DNA of 36,509 bases from a virus: positions 1 to 36,509 of IMG/VR virus record IMGVR_UViG_3300045988_066620. The stretch is one strand, 5' to 3'. Each line of letters begins with the position of its first letter. Position 1 is the stretch's first letter. Below, piece by piece: positions 23,995 through 33,023 of this stretch. A program made the translations under genes and the position numbers. Below the pieces are notes generated by a model that searched no databases, was not told where the DNA came from, and worked only from the letters and a program-made list of their open reading frames with translations.

Positions 23995-24564
23995 TTATGT
24001 GGCACTTATTGACTTATCCTCTTCGATGTAGGTAATCAGTGTTCCTTCGCTGTCGCTTGGCAGTGCTTTGAACTCTGCGTCAATAACGCTTTCCTTATCC
24101 TTTGCAAATGCCAGTTCGATGCCGCTCCGATTGTTACCCACGATCATGACCCATATATCTCCGTCAACTGCGTCAACGTGGTGGAAGCAGAGAACATACC
24201 TCTTGCGACGCATATTCTTCAGACCGCCAATTTTGACAGTTCTGCGCTTCTTGCTGGTATCTTCTGTAACTCTTGCGGTATCGCAGAGAACGTCAAGGGT
24301 ATTGCCGTTGAATACCATGATACCAGTTTTCAGCGTAGCCTCTTCCTCTGTGATGATTGTCTTCTGATGTGTGCCATCATCATCACTTGCGGTGTAGAAT
24401 GTCGGCTTATAGGACAGGGTTGCGCCGCCCTGGATATAACCCAGCACATTGGCTTCGGTGCAGATAGTATCAACATCAGGTACTGTTTCACCGCTGAAAT
24501 CCTGATAGTAGATATAACCGCTTCCAAGAATAATATTGCTTGGGGCTTTCTTTGTCTCAGCCAT
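23995..24564 (-). CDS. Major tail protein
   Basis: 189 aa, placed before the chaperones and after the head-tail joining genes. Strong RBS (AAGGAGG). Confidence 0.7.
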   Translation of the reverse strand: MAETKKAPSNIILGSGYIYYQDFSGETVPDVDTICTEANVLGYIQGGATLSYKPTFYTASDDDGTHQKTIITEEEATLKTGIMVFNGNTLDVLCDTARVTEDTSKKRRTVKIGGLKNMRRKRYVLCFHHVDAVDGDIWVMIVGNNRSGIELAFAKDKESVIDAEFKALPSDSEGTLITYIEEDKSISAT

Positions 24565-24576
24565 TTCAATTCCTCC

Positions 24577-24909
24577 TTATTTCAAATAATTGGTAAACGA
24601 ATATCTTATCTGATATTCCTTGCTGTCTTCAATCCAGCTTTCAGATTTTTCTAAATCAAAATCTGCAAACTGTTTCTCAACAGCCGTTTCTAATTCTACG
24701 TCGATTTTCCTAGTGTACAATTCAATGACTATCGTCTGCTCTCGCAGGCTTGCGGGGTGCATATCGTCTCCGCTGTCTATGGTGCTTTCACGATAGAACA
24801 CACAGTATGGCGTTTTCATTTCATCACGTGATGAATAGTATGCGACCTTGTCTTTCAGTTCGTCGATAGCCGTTAATCGTGAACGTATATCAGCCAATGT
24901 CAAATTCAT
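24577..24909 (-). CDS. Tail completion / tail terminator-type protein (assigned by position)
   Basis: 110 aa, between the HK97 gp10-like gene and the major tail protein. Confidence 0.5.
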   Translation of the reverse strand: MNLTLADIRSRLTAIDELKDKVAYYSSRDEMKTPYCVFYRESTIDSGDDMHPASLREQTIVIELYTRKIDVELETAVEKQFADFDLEKSESWIEDSKEYQIRYSFTNYLK

Positions 24910-25298
24910 TTCTTCAACCTCGTTTCTATCAACTCAGGCAGTGCCTTTTGTGCATAGTCTTCAACAGGTTTGATATGCACAAATGCCTTTACTCTGCCCT
25001 TACCGCCTTTTTTTGCGTGACCGTGCTCCAACAGATGTGTCAGATAGTAGTATTTTTTGTTACGCACAACAACACGTTTGTTGCCCGACTTAGCGTATAC
25101 TGTTTCGGCTTTCCAACTTTCGGCATACTCGCCTGTGCGACGTGGTGATGTGGTTTTCAGCTTTTCGACACATTGTTCTGCAACCTCGTCAATACAGCCG
25201 TCAACTATCTTTGCGGTTTCTTCGCTATATTCTTTCAGGTCATCAGCGACCTGTTTTGCCAGTTTGCTGACATCAATTTCAACCGATTTCATCAGCAA
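24906..25298 (-). CDS. HK97 gp10-family head-tail joining protein
   Basis: ...SPRRTGEYAESW...YYLTHLLEHGH... matches the HK97 gp10 family pattern. Confidence 0.65.
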   Translation of the reverse strand: MLMKSVEIDVSKLAKQVADDLKEYSEETAKIVDGCIDEVAEQCVEKLKTTSPRRTGEYAESWKAETVYAKSGNKRVVVRNKKYYYLTHLLEHGHAKKGGKGRVKAFVHIKPVEDYAQKALPELIETRLKK

Positions 25299-25603
25299 TC
25301 ACCGCCAAAACGTTCAGCCGTCAGTTCAATGGCTGTTCCTGCGACATATGTGCGTATGATACGATATTCCCGACCGTTATAGAATAACATATCTTCATCG
25401 TCATAGTCATAGTAATCTGCCATTTTGATTTTCAGCGTAGGTTGAAACCCTGCCTGTGCGGCACTGTAAAATTCAGAACGTGAAATTGATGATACTTGGC
25501 AGAAAACCTCTTTGGCGTTTTCCCAATCAACGACCTTTTCTTGATTTCCTATCTCGTCCGAAACTATCTTTGCTTTGGCGATTTTTACAACATCATTAAA
25601 CAT
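25292..25603 (-). CDS. Head closure / head-tail adaptor protein
   Basis: 103 aa. ...VFCQVSSISRSEFYSAAQAG...YRIIRTY resembles the phage head-closure family. Confidence 0.6.
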   Translation of the reverse strand: MFNDVVKIAKAKIVSDEIGNQEKVVDWENAKEVFCQVSSISRSEFYSAAQAGFQPTLKIKMADYYDYDDEDMLFYNGREYRIIRTYVAGTAIELTAERFGGDC

Positions 25604-25605
25604 CG

Positions 25606-25881
25606 TTAAATTCCCTCCGTGTAGTCCTCGTTCAGACTTAGTGCGTCTCGCAGGCGCTCGTAGTTCTTGCGGAAATCTTCACCTTTGCCGTTGAAATCAT
25701 ACTGCCATTTGACATAGTTTTCGATAGCCTTTTTCAGAATTGCACTGCAATCGTCAGCGTCAAAGGGAACGAACACGCCCACACGCTTTAGATCCTCCAT
25801 GCAGGCGTCAACGTTTGACATAATGTCGCTATCTAGCTTGTTATGTGATATCCTCAACGAATTTTTCAAACTTTCAAGCAT
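25606..25881 (-). CDS. gp6-like head-tail connector protein
   Basis: LKNSLRISHNKLDSDIMSNVDACMEDLKRVGV is typical of Phage_connect_1. Follows the capsid gene. Confidence 0.6.
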   Translation of the reverse strand: MLESLKNSLRISHNKLDSDIMSNVDACMEDLKRVGVFVPFDADDCSAILKKAIENYVKWQYDFNGKGEDFRKNYERLRDALSLNEDYTEGI

Positions 25882-25908
25882 TCGTTATGCCCCCCTTTAT
25901 CATCATGA

Positions 25909-27075
25909 TTACTTGCTCTTTTTTGTGAGTGTCACAAGGCTGTTCTTGTCGATAACCTTGCCGTCTACCAGCATGACCGCCTTTGTTACCTGGTCTTCGG
26001 TGTCATTATCCTCATATCTCTTGACTGTCATCTGGAGATTTGTGTTGAGGATATAGTCCTCAGGGCGGAAGAAGAATGCAACGATTGTATCAGCCGATAC
26101 AGTGTCTGCATAAGCGTCGATATCGTCAGAGAACACAACAGGTGTGCCAAGGATTGATGGCTGCATATCTCCGTTAAGACCATAGTTGACCCTAGCGATA
26201 GGCTGTCCGTTTGTGTCTGTCAGTGCCTGGATATCGCAGAATGTTGCATAGTTCATGAACATCTTAACGCCTGCTCTGTAGCCTGACGGAATTTTCTTCT
26301 TCATATTCCACAGGGTCTTGTATGTAATTCCGCTTGCCAGTGCAACGTCCACGTTCTGATCGCTGACAACAGTTTCCTTTGTGATGCCCTTCGGTTTGCC
26401 TGAACCGTCGCCCTTGATGATTGCTGTTTCGATAGCAGCGATCATTGCGTCGGCTACCTGATTGGCAAATACTGTCTCAAAGAAATCAAGAGATACTACC
26501 GAAACTTCAAGCGACATGGAGATAGCACATCTCAGCTTGTAGTAGCTGAAAGTGATTGAGCCTGTGGACTTCTTCTGTGTGTCAGAGCTTGCGCCCTCAG
26601 CGACCCATGTTGCAACTGGCTTGGCGCTTGAAGTAGGAATTGTCACGCCACCCTTGATATTTGTCTTTGTGACAAGGGCATAGATCTGTCCGTGCTCCTC
26701 CAGCTTCTCAACGATTCTCTGCATGGTTGTTGATGGAATAACAGCCGCAACGTCAGTGGTCTTTGTGGACTGTGCCTCGTTCGCAAACTTCGCAGGGATT
26801 GGTGTACCCTCGAGAACGTTGTGCATAAATGCAGTTCTGTACTCGACGCTGTCATAGATGTTTGATGTGTGTGTGATTGCATTCTCGCTCATTTTGTTTT
26901 CATTCCTTTCAATGATATTTTTCATAGTGTCTGACGCATGGTCCTTTGTCATAGCGTTCAGATTTGCCTGTGTCTTTGCCGCCTTTTCAGCGTCATTCAT
27001 CAACTTTTCAGCTTCCTCAAAATTGCCCTCGTCGATGAGAGCCTGAGCCTTGTCAAGCATTTCCTGTCTTGTCAT
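25909..27075 (-). CDS. Major capsid protein, HK97 family
   Basis: 388 aa with an N-terminal coiled-coil delta-like segment. Follows the prohead protease and portal genes. Confidence 0.85.
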   Translation of the reverse strand: MTRQEMLDKAQALIDEGNFEEAEKLMNDAEKAAKTQANLNAMTKDHASDTMKNIIERNENKMSENAITHTSNIYDSVEYRTAFMHNVLEGTPIPAKFANEAQSTKTTDVAAVIPSTTMQRIVEKLEEHGQIYALVTKTNIKGGVTIPTSSAKPVATWVAEGASSDTQKKSTGSITFSYYKLRCAISMSLEVSVVSLDFFETVFANQVADAMIAAIETAIIKGDGSGKPKGITKETVVSDQNVDVALASGITYKTLWNMKKKIPSGYRAGVKMFMNYATFCDIQALTDTNGQPIARVNYGLNGDMQPSILGTPVVFSDDIDAYADTVSADTIVAFFFRPEDYILNTNLQMTVKRYEDNDTEDQVTKAVMLVDGKVIDKNSLVTLTKKSK

Positions 27076-27739
27076 TTTTATAACCCTCCTTTAGTTTGTC
27101 AAGCCTTGCCTGTGCTGTTATCTTTTTATCAGCACGCTCAGCTTTCATTTTTTCGATTACGTTTTGCGGTATGATATCGCAGTAGGCCGCCACAAGCTGT
27201 GACTTGACGTTCCTGCTTTCTGCGATTTCGTCTATCAACCCCAGTTCGACCGCTTCATCAGCCGTCAGCCATGTTTCCTTGTCCATGATTTCCAGTGCCT
27301 TTTCCTTTGTCATGCCTGACTTGGTTATGTAGGCATTTGCAATGGTCTCATTGGCTTTTTGCAGAACCTCTGACATTTTGTCCATGTCATGGTAATCACC
27401 TCTTGTCGCTGATGATACGTTATGCACCATGATCTGTGCCGTCGGTGATATATCTGACTTGCCTGCACACGCTATTACGCTTGCCGCACTTGCTGCAAGA
27501 CCGACAACGTGTATCTTGACATCACCTGAATATTCACGGATTGCCGAATAGATTTCGGAAGCCGCAAAAATATCACCACCACCAGAGTTGATGTAAACTT
27601 CCAACGGCTCGCCTTTTTCAGTTGCCGCAGTTATATCTTTTAAGACCCTCGCAGGGGAAGTAGCGTCAATTTCGAAAAGGTCATAGATCCATTGGTCATC
27701 ATTCGGAACGATTGTACCTTTGACGTTAATTTTCATCAT
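27053..27739 (-). CDS. ClpP-family prohead (head maturation) serine protease
   Basis: YINSGGGDIFAASEIYSAI...VVGLAASAASVIACAG...MVHNV matches the ClpP/S14 pattern. GGAGGTG precedes the tandem ATGs at 27739/27736. Confidence 0.85.
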   Translation of the reverse strand: MMKINVKGTIVPNDDQWIYDLFEIDATSPARVLKDITAATEKGEPLEVYINSGGGDIFAASEIYSAIREYSGDVKIHVVGLAASAASVIACAGKSDISPTAQIMVHNVSSATRGDYHDMDKMSEVLQKANETIANAYITKSGMTKEKALEIMDKETWLTADEAVELGLIDEIAESRNVKSQLVAAYCDIIPQNVIEKMKAERADKKITAQARLDKLKEGYKNDKTGNA

Positions 27740-28907
27740 TTTCACCTCCCTCACTGCTGTCTATCTTTGCCGTGTCTAGTCTGACATAATACTGATCGCC
27801 CGAAGGAATGTCAGCCAGATTGAACACGCTTCGGATTTCATTTGCGTTCATGATACCTCTGTCGAAGAACTGCACCAGATTCAACTTGGTTGACATTGAC
27901 GCAGTGCTCAGGTTGAACGCTTCAAAAACTATCTTGTTGCCATACCCTCTTTCGATACGGCTGAATAGTTTTCGTGTGAATTCGCCAGCCAGTTCCATTA
28001 CTACTGGTTCTATCTCCGATTCGTAGTAGGCGTTGTACTGGTCTTCGGTGTAGTTCGATTGCACGATATTTGCGTTTGTGTTAAACAGCGAATAAATTCT
28101 CTGCGTGGTTTTTTCCATGACCGATGAATTCGGTACATAGTCCTTTGCGTCAACTTGTTTTGCATCCGCCTTGCTGTCGACTGCCGCAACGCCTGTGCCG
28201 TTCTGAACGCTCATGAATTGCTCGCTAAATTCTTGCGCCTGCTTTTTCAAATCCTCAGGGCGCAGGGAGCTTGTAAACTTCAACAGCCAGCGAATAATTG
28301 ACGAATTTTTGATAGCCTTGACAATACCTTGGTCTGTAGTTGTTACAATTTCCATTAGTGGCGTCAGCGTTTCACTCAGCCGTTCGCCGAAGATATCGTC
28401 CTTATAAAAATCACTACGCAGATGAATGATGTCAGCATATGGAAACGTATATCTTTGCCCGTTGAAAAACGTGAATTTCAAATACAAATCATTGCCGATA
28501 TATACGCATTCTGCACTGTCTGCAGGGATAGGATATAGTTCAGTAGGATAGCCGTTGCCGTCACGGATAATCAGAATAAATGCGTTGTTGTTCAAACACA
28601 GCTGCGTTGCAATCTTTTCCAGCATTTTTTGTAGCGTCATGAACTCATTTGGCTCTTCCAGCAGCATTCGCATATATGGTTCAGGGTTTATCTCGATACT
28701 GCCGTCCCCCTTTTGGCTATATGATTTTCTGATATGTTTTGCGGTCAGTTTTCCAATAGCCTTGACTTTGGGGCGAATGCAGGCACGTACCAAATCTGAC
28801 CGATAAACATTGCCGTCCCAACTATAGTAGCCGTTGCCGATTTCCGACATCATCTTATATCGGGTCACTACCTGTGATCTGTTTTTAAAACGATTTATCA
28901 GACCCAT
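27726..28907 (-). CDS. Portal protein, HK97 family
   Basis: 393 aa, between terL (plus the methyltransferase insertion) and the protease. Typical portal length and order. Confidence 0.85.
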   Translation of the reverse strand: MGLINRFKNRSQVVTRYKMMSEIGNGYYSWDGNVYRSDLVRACIRPKVKAIGKLTAKHIRKSYSQKGDGSIEINPEPYMRMLLEEPNEFMTLQKMLEKIATQLCLNNNAFILIIRDGNGYPTELYPIPADSAECVYIGNDLYLKFTFFNGQRYTFPYADIIHLRSDFYKDDIFGERLSETLTPLMEIVTTTDQGIVKAIKNSSIIRWLLKFTSSLRPEDLKKQAQEFSEQFMSVQNGTGVAAVDSKADAKQVDAKDYVPNSSVMEKTTQRIYSLFNTNANIVQSNYTEDQYNAYYESEIEPVVMELAGEFTRKLFSRIERGYGNKIVFEAFNLSTASMSTKLNLVQFFDRGIMNANEIRSVFNLADIPSGDQYYVRLDTAKIDSSEGGENDEN

Positions 28908-28940
28908 TTTTTCACCCCTCTCTTTGTATAATTTTCAAAA

Positions 28941-29816
28941 TTATTTCTTGTTCAATTCTGCTATAATAGCCTTTTCTCTCTCGCTCAGTTGCCATCGTTC
29001 TGCTCGTTCTCGTTCTGCTCGTTCTCGTTCTGCTCGTTCTGCTCGTTCTCGTTCTGCTCGTTCTGCTCGTTCTCGTTCTGCTCGTTCTGCTCGTTCTCGT
29101 TCTGCTCGTTCTGCTCGTTCTCGTTCTGCTCGTTCTAAACACATGGCAGCGTCATCTGAAATGAGGTATCCCGACCCGAATATTGCTTTTCTTTGCAAAA
29201 GTTGAGTGTCAAGAGCACGAACACGAAGGCTTTCAGATTTTTTAATTTCAAAGTCAATGCCAGCCTTTGAAAGCCGATTGATTTTAGCCGCTGTTGCAAC
29301 ATTTTTCGGATATTCATACTTTGGCATTGTCTTAGTTTTCTCTTTCCTGCTAACATCATTACAGCTTTTCAAAATCTTGTAAAGGCGTGGGGCGGTACGA
29401 ACCCGAATGTCGCTATCATCAAGATTCGTTACAAACGACGTGCTAACAACTGCCCCATTTTCGTAGGTTACGGCTGCACCCACTGGAATTGCTGTACAGT
29501 GTTCTGTTGCTCCTGAAAATAGAGTGAGAGCAGGTGCAAACAGAAAAAATTTTATGTTTTTTTCGATATAAAAGCGTAAAATCTTGCTAAGAATGCTGAA
29601 TGGCGGATTGTCAACTACAATTTTACCTGTATAATCAAACGTTTCATAATCGCCGCCTGGATAAAAAGGTCTGCAAAATTCATCACAATTTATGCCATAT
29701 TCGTTTGCTACCCAATTTGCCACACAATCATATATCAATGGCGGCGTGTAACAATCGTCAGTAGTTTTCTTTGGCTTGAACTTTTCGACGAACTGTTCGT
29801 ATGTTTCACCTTTCAT
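28941..29816 (-). CDS. Orphan DNA N6-adenine methyltransferase-like protein (NPPF motif) with a C-terminal (ERA/ER)n repeat
   Basis: CYTPP near the N-terminus and the catalytic motif IV VVDNPPFS. Inserted between terL and portal. No nuclease partner. Confidence 0.65.
   Translation of the reverse strand: MKGETYEQFVEKFKPKKTTDDCYTPPLIYDCVANWVANEYGINCDEFCRPFYPGGDYETFDYTGKIVVDNPPFSILSKILRFYIEKNIKFFLFAPALTLFSGATEHCTAIPVGAAVTYENGAVVSTSFVTNLDDSDIRVRTAPRLYKILKSCNDVSRKEKTKTMPKYEYPKNVATAAKINRLSKAGIDFEIKKSESLRVRALDTQLLQRKAIFGSGYLISDDAAMCLERAERERAERAERERAERAERERAERAERERAERAERERAERERAERWQLSEREKAIIAELNKK
28996..29136. repeat. 141-bp compound in-frame tandem repeat (9-nt GAACGAGCA and 6-nt GAACGA units, giving 15- and 24-nt higher-order repeats)
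   Basis: On the coding strand it encodes ERAER (ERAERAER)x4 ERAER ERAER. All units are multiples of 3. Confidence 0.9.
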
Positions 29817-29828
29817 TTTGTTCCTTTC

Positions 29829-31490
29829 CTATATCAAACTTTCAAATTCTTCCTGCCGATTATAATAGACCACATATGCGTCTAGCAGTGCCGCAAGTCC
29901 GTCTATTCTCTGCGTTCGGTCAGATTTCTTACACGGCTGAATGTTGCCATTGACGTCTGTCTTTACAGCCGTATTCAGAAAACACCATTTGTCAATCGGG
30001 TTGTTGTCGTAAACAATATTGTGTCGCTGAAACTCAGCTTTCAGGTTCTTCATCGGGTCAGACAGTGTTATAACGCCCTGGCGCACAGGTATTAAAACAC
30101 CCTTGCCAAACTCTTCTTCAAACGCTTTTATCAGCTCGTCTGAAACGTGCCAAGGGTCATAGCCGATAGCCAACGGATAAATATCTTCTTTATCCCTCAG
30201 TTCCAAAAACCAGTCTAGGATAACACGCTTGTTGACTTTGTTTCCCTCGCACGTCCTCAGTAGGCCTTGCGACTTCCACAATTCATACGGCACACTATCT
30301 CGTCCACGTCTGTCGCCCTTTTCAGCGTCAGCGTCAAGAACGGCTTGCGGAATCCAATACATAGATTTTACATACAATCTATCATCATCAGGCTTTTTGC
30401 AGATAGCCTTTGCAGCATTCAGGTCTATATAATCAGCAGCGTCAAAACCACCGATGAAATATCTGAACGGATAGTCCGTGATAGGTTCTTCATTGTTCAG
30501 CTCGTCCCATGTCAGCCAGCCGCTTTCGGTATTCTGCGGAAGGTTAAAATCTTTGACCATAACCGTTGCCTTGAAGCTAGGATCATCTTTGGCCTTTTGC
30601 ACCATTTGGCGCAAATAGTCTGTTGATTTTATCGTGCCCAGTCCAGGGTTTGCTTTCAACCAACAGTCTTCCTTGTCCCATTCATCAGGGCTATCCAGTT
30701 CATAGATAAACGGCAAAAATCGGTTATTGTTTTCTGTCAGCCGTCCGTATAGCAGGTTATTTGCATATTCGTATTGGGTGTCAAAAATGCCGCCACGAAC
30801 AAAGCCGTTTGTGGTAATGCAAAATAAAATGGGCTGCTGTCTAGCACCCATTGCTTGCTTTATCAAATCATATAGATCTCGGTTCTTGATTGCCGCCAGT
30901 TCGTCAATAACACCGCAGTGAACGTCCAGACCGTCAAGGCTGTTTGAGTTGCTGGCAAGAGCCTTTATAAATCCCATGTTCAATGGGAAATATAAATCGG
31001 TTGCACGTTTACGAATATGTTTGCTCAGTAGTGGCGATTGTTTTATCATTTTGTAGCAGGCATTAAAACCTAGCTTTGCCTGATCTAGCATTGTGGCGAC
31101 GTTATATATCTGCGGTGAACCCTCTCCGTCATTGACTAGCATATCATTTTCGACTGCCGCAATTTCCGTTGTCTTGCCGTTCTTTCGACCTTCGATTATC
31201 AGACACTCGTTATACTGTCGCAGATTGTTATCATCAACGAAGCCGAATAACGCCTGCAATCTCGCCTTTTGAAAAAGTTCCAACTTCAACGGCTGACCTA
31301 GTTTCCCAGACGGCTGCTTGCAGAATTTTTCGATAAAGTCCGTATGCCGTGTTGCAATAGCTTCGTCAAAATGAAATTCATCAGGGCTTGCAAATCTGTT
31401 CAACAGCATTTCCGAAACCTTTTTCATTTTCTCACACGCAACGATATTTCCGTCATAAATGCCAGTAAAATATTTTTCAAATTCCGTCAA
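29829..31490 (-). CDS. terL: Terminase large subunit (Terminase_1 family)
   Basis: 553 aa. Walker A-like EGRKNGKT. ATGA overlap with terS. Confidence 0.9.
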   Translation of the reverse strand: MTEFEKYFTGIYDGNIVACEKMKKVSEMLLNRFASPDEFHFDEAIATRHTDFIEKFCKQPSGKLGQPLKLELFQKARLQALFGFVDDNNLRQYNECLIIEGRKNGKTTEIAAVENDMLVNDGEGSPQIYNVATMLDQAKLGFNACYKMIKQSPLLSKHIRKRATDLYFPLNMGFIKALASNSNSLDGLDVHCGVIDELAAIKNRDLYDLIKQAMGARQQPILFCITTNGFVRGGIFDTQYEYANNLLYGRLTENNNRFLPFIYELDSPDEWDKEDCWLKANPGLGTIKSTDYLRQMVQKAKDDPSFKATVMVKDFNLPQNTESGWLTWDELNNEEPITDYPFRYFIGGFDAADYIDLNAAKAICKKPDDDRLYVKSMYWIPQAVLDADAEKGDRRGRDSVPYELWKSQGLLRTCEGNKVNKRVILDWFLELRDKEDIYPLAIGYDPWHVSDELIKAFEEEFGKGVLIPVRQGVITLSDPMKNLKAEFQRHNIVYDNNPIDKWCFLNTAVKTDVNGNIQPCKKSDRTQRIDGLAALLDAYVVYYNRQEEFESLI

Positions 31491-31828
31491 CGCTTTGCAC
31501 CGCCTAGGAACTCCAGCAACTCGTCGCCCTCAGATTTTTGCAGGCTGTCAAGGATAATATCCTCAACTGTCTTTGCCATTGCGTTGTATTTCCCAATTAA
31601 TGTTGCATACGCCTTGCTTGCTGGGTGCTCTGTCTTGACAGTGAAACCATTGCCGTTTGTTGCTTCGATGATTGCACCCTCTGCTTTTATCTTTTTTTGA
31701 TACTCGCTCAGCAGATTTTCCATGTACTCCAGCTGATCTAACAGCTTTATGCCCAGCTCCCTCTTAGCTGGTTCACAGCTATCCACAGCTTTTCGCAACT
31801 CGCTCAAATTCTTTTTGATTTTTGCCAT
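31487..31828 (-). CDS. terS: Terminase small subunit, P27 family
   Basis: 113 aa. ...NGNGFTVKTEHPASKAYATLIGKYNAMAK... matches the P27 family pattern. Adjacent to HNH and terL. Confidence 0.75.
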   Translation of the reverse strand: MAKIKKNLSELRKAVDSCEPAKRELGIKLLDQLEYMENLLSEYQKKIKAEGAIIEATNGNGFTVKTEHPASKAYATLIGKYNAMAKTVEDIILDSLQKSEGDELLEFLGGAKR

Positions 31829-31906
31829 TGTCAGATTATACCCCCTTATGCGATTTTATCGTGCGTAAAAAATGACCTTTGCCCCCTCGGTATCTTAGGA
31901 AAAAAT

Positions 31907-32233
31907 TCAGTCCAAATTTGAGGGGGGTACGGGCATACCAAATGCGTCAAATTCACATTTTGTTAATTTTTTAGGCGATTTTTGGTAAAAATGACCCTCG
32001 AAATTATCATGACATTTTTTGCATACAAATTCGAGATTGGCATGATTTAATGATACCTCAGGGTCACTAATGTTTGCTGGCGTCAACAATGTTCGGTGAT
32101 GAACAATATATCCAGCACGTTCGTGACATTCTTCACACAAACCGCCGTCGATTAATATGCGTTTGTCGATGTAAGATTGGCGACACTTCTTCCATGCCGC
32201 TGAGCGGTAAAAAGAATATGCAAAGTCTTTCAT
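31907..32233 (-). CDS. HNH endonuclease (terminase-associated, cos-type packaging)
   Basis: CEECH...IVHH...NLEFVCKKCH. ATG at 32233 is preceded by a GGGGGCGG RBS. Confidence 0.8.
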   Translation of the reverse strand: MKDFAYSFYRSAAWKKCRQSYIDKRILIDGGLCEECHERAGYIVHHRTLLTPANISDPEVSLNHANLEFVCKKCHDNFEGHFYQKSPKKLTKCEFDAFGMPVPPSNLD

Positions 32234-32247
32234 AGTGCCGCCCCCAT

Positions 32248-32296
32248 AAAATAAAAATGCCACACGTGGGACACATTGTTAAGAGGTGTGTGTGGC
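32248..32296 (-). terminator. Intrinsic terminator-like hairpin + U-tract immediately upstream of the HNH RBS
   Basis: The minus strand reads GCCACAC-(24 nt)-GTGTGGC followed by ATTTTTATTTT, ending ~15 nt before the HNH start. Confidence 0.5.
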
Positions 32297-32525
32297 TGAT
32301 TGGTATCGGCGTCAACATCATTGCAGTATCGACCGATATATCCGCCATAGCTAATGCCATAGCGGAAGTCAGGAGATCTAAAGCAAAAGAAGTAAAAAAA
32401 CATGGAGCAGGTTAAGTGATGGCGCACCGCCCCTGCACATTGCCTGAGGGCTAGCCACTCAGGCGTAAAAATAAGGTTGGCTTTTGTTGAGGAGATAACC
32501 AACTGACCTTTCACCCTATCGGGCT

Positions 32526-32575
32526 ATTATACAGTATAGCAGATTAATAACTGCATTTCACTGCATTTCACTGCA
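32526..32575 (-). promoter_or_regulatory. Candidate activator-dependent late promoter with 10-nt direct repeats (TGAAATGCAG x2 + partial)
   Basis: The minus strand reads GTGCAGTGAAATGCAGTGAAATGCAGttattaatctgcTATACTgTATAAT. GTGAAA-17 nt-TATACT has a weak -35. Lies directly downstream of the late activator gene. Confidence 0.4.
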
Positions 32576-33022
32576 CTCTTTTGGAACAACGATATGTTTC
32601 AGGGCTTCGCCGTGAATTTTATAAATCGTTCGTTCTGAGTAGTTCATATAGTCAGTGATCCCCATTATGTATTCACCATTTTCTTTGTTGAATTTTCCTA
32701 CCCAGCGTTGATAGAAAAGATACCGCCGTTCAAGGACTTCTCGCTGGTCTGCGTCTGCCACTGCGTCAATAGATTGTTCAATTTGCAGACGTTTGTCAAT
32801 CAGTATCAGCGCCAGTTCCTGCTGTCTGCGTTCGTATTCTGCTATGCGTTCTATGGTGCTTGACATCTTGTCGCCATTGCAACTGCCATGACTAGCACCT
32901 GTGTTTTCGTATGATATGCCAGCATATTCTAGTTGCGACCGCAGTTTCTTGACCTTGTTTTCAATGATTTTCACACGTCTCTCGATTTTATAAGCGTTCT
33001 GCAAATATTCTTTTGCTGTCAT
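32558..33022 (-). CDS. Late-gene transcriptional activator (sigma-70 region-4-like; ArpU/RinA/DUF1492-type)
   Basis: C-terminal REVLERRYLF...SERTIYKIHGEALKHI resembles a sigma region 4 HTH. It is the last early gene before the packaging module. Confidence 0.6.
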   Translation of the reverse strand: MTAKEYLQNAYKIERRVKIIENKVKKLRSQLEYAGISYENTGASHGSCNGDKMSSTIERIAEYERRQQELALILIDKRLQIEQSIDAVADADQREVLERRYLFYQRWVGKFNKENGEYIMGITDYMNYSERTIYKIHGEALKHIVVPKECSEMQ

Positions 33023-33023
33023 T

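Noticed and set aside
28834-29205. ORFs 28834..29205 (+) with SARSRSAR repeats and 28912..29142 (-) with TSRTRTSR repeats
   Set aside because: These are alternative-frame and antisense readings of the 141-bp tandem repeat inside the methyltransferase gene. They have no RBS and their composition is purely repeat-driven. The frame encoding (ERA/ER)n is continuous with a 291-aa protein that has catalytic motifs.
31829-31906. The 78-bp HNH-terS spacer as the cos site or a promoter (contains GGGGGCAAAGG and AAGGGGGTATAAT)
   Set aside because: The G-runs are plausibly just the terS RBS. The ends cannot be located from sequence alone, so the spacer is mentioned only as an alternative cos location.
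32230-32514. 94-codon ORF spanning the late leader, whose TGA overlaps the HNH ATG (ATGA)
   Set aside because: It has a GTG start with no real RBS and an aromatic/Cys/His-rich improbable sequence (MFFYFFCF...). It runs straight through several strong hairpins and T-runs. The ATGA overlap keeps a small doubt, so conservation should be checked.
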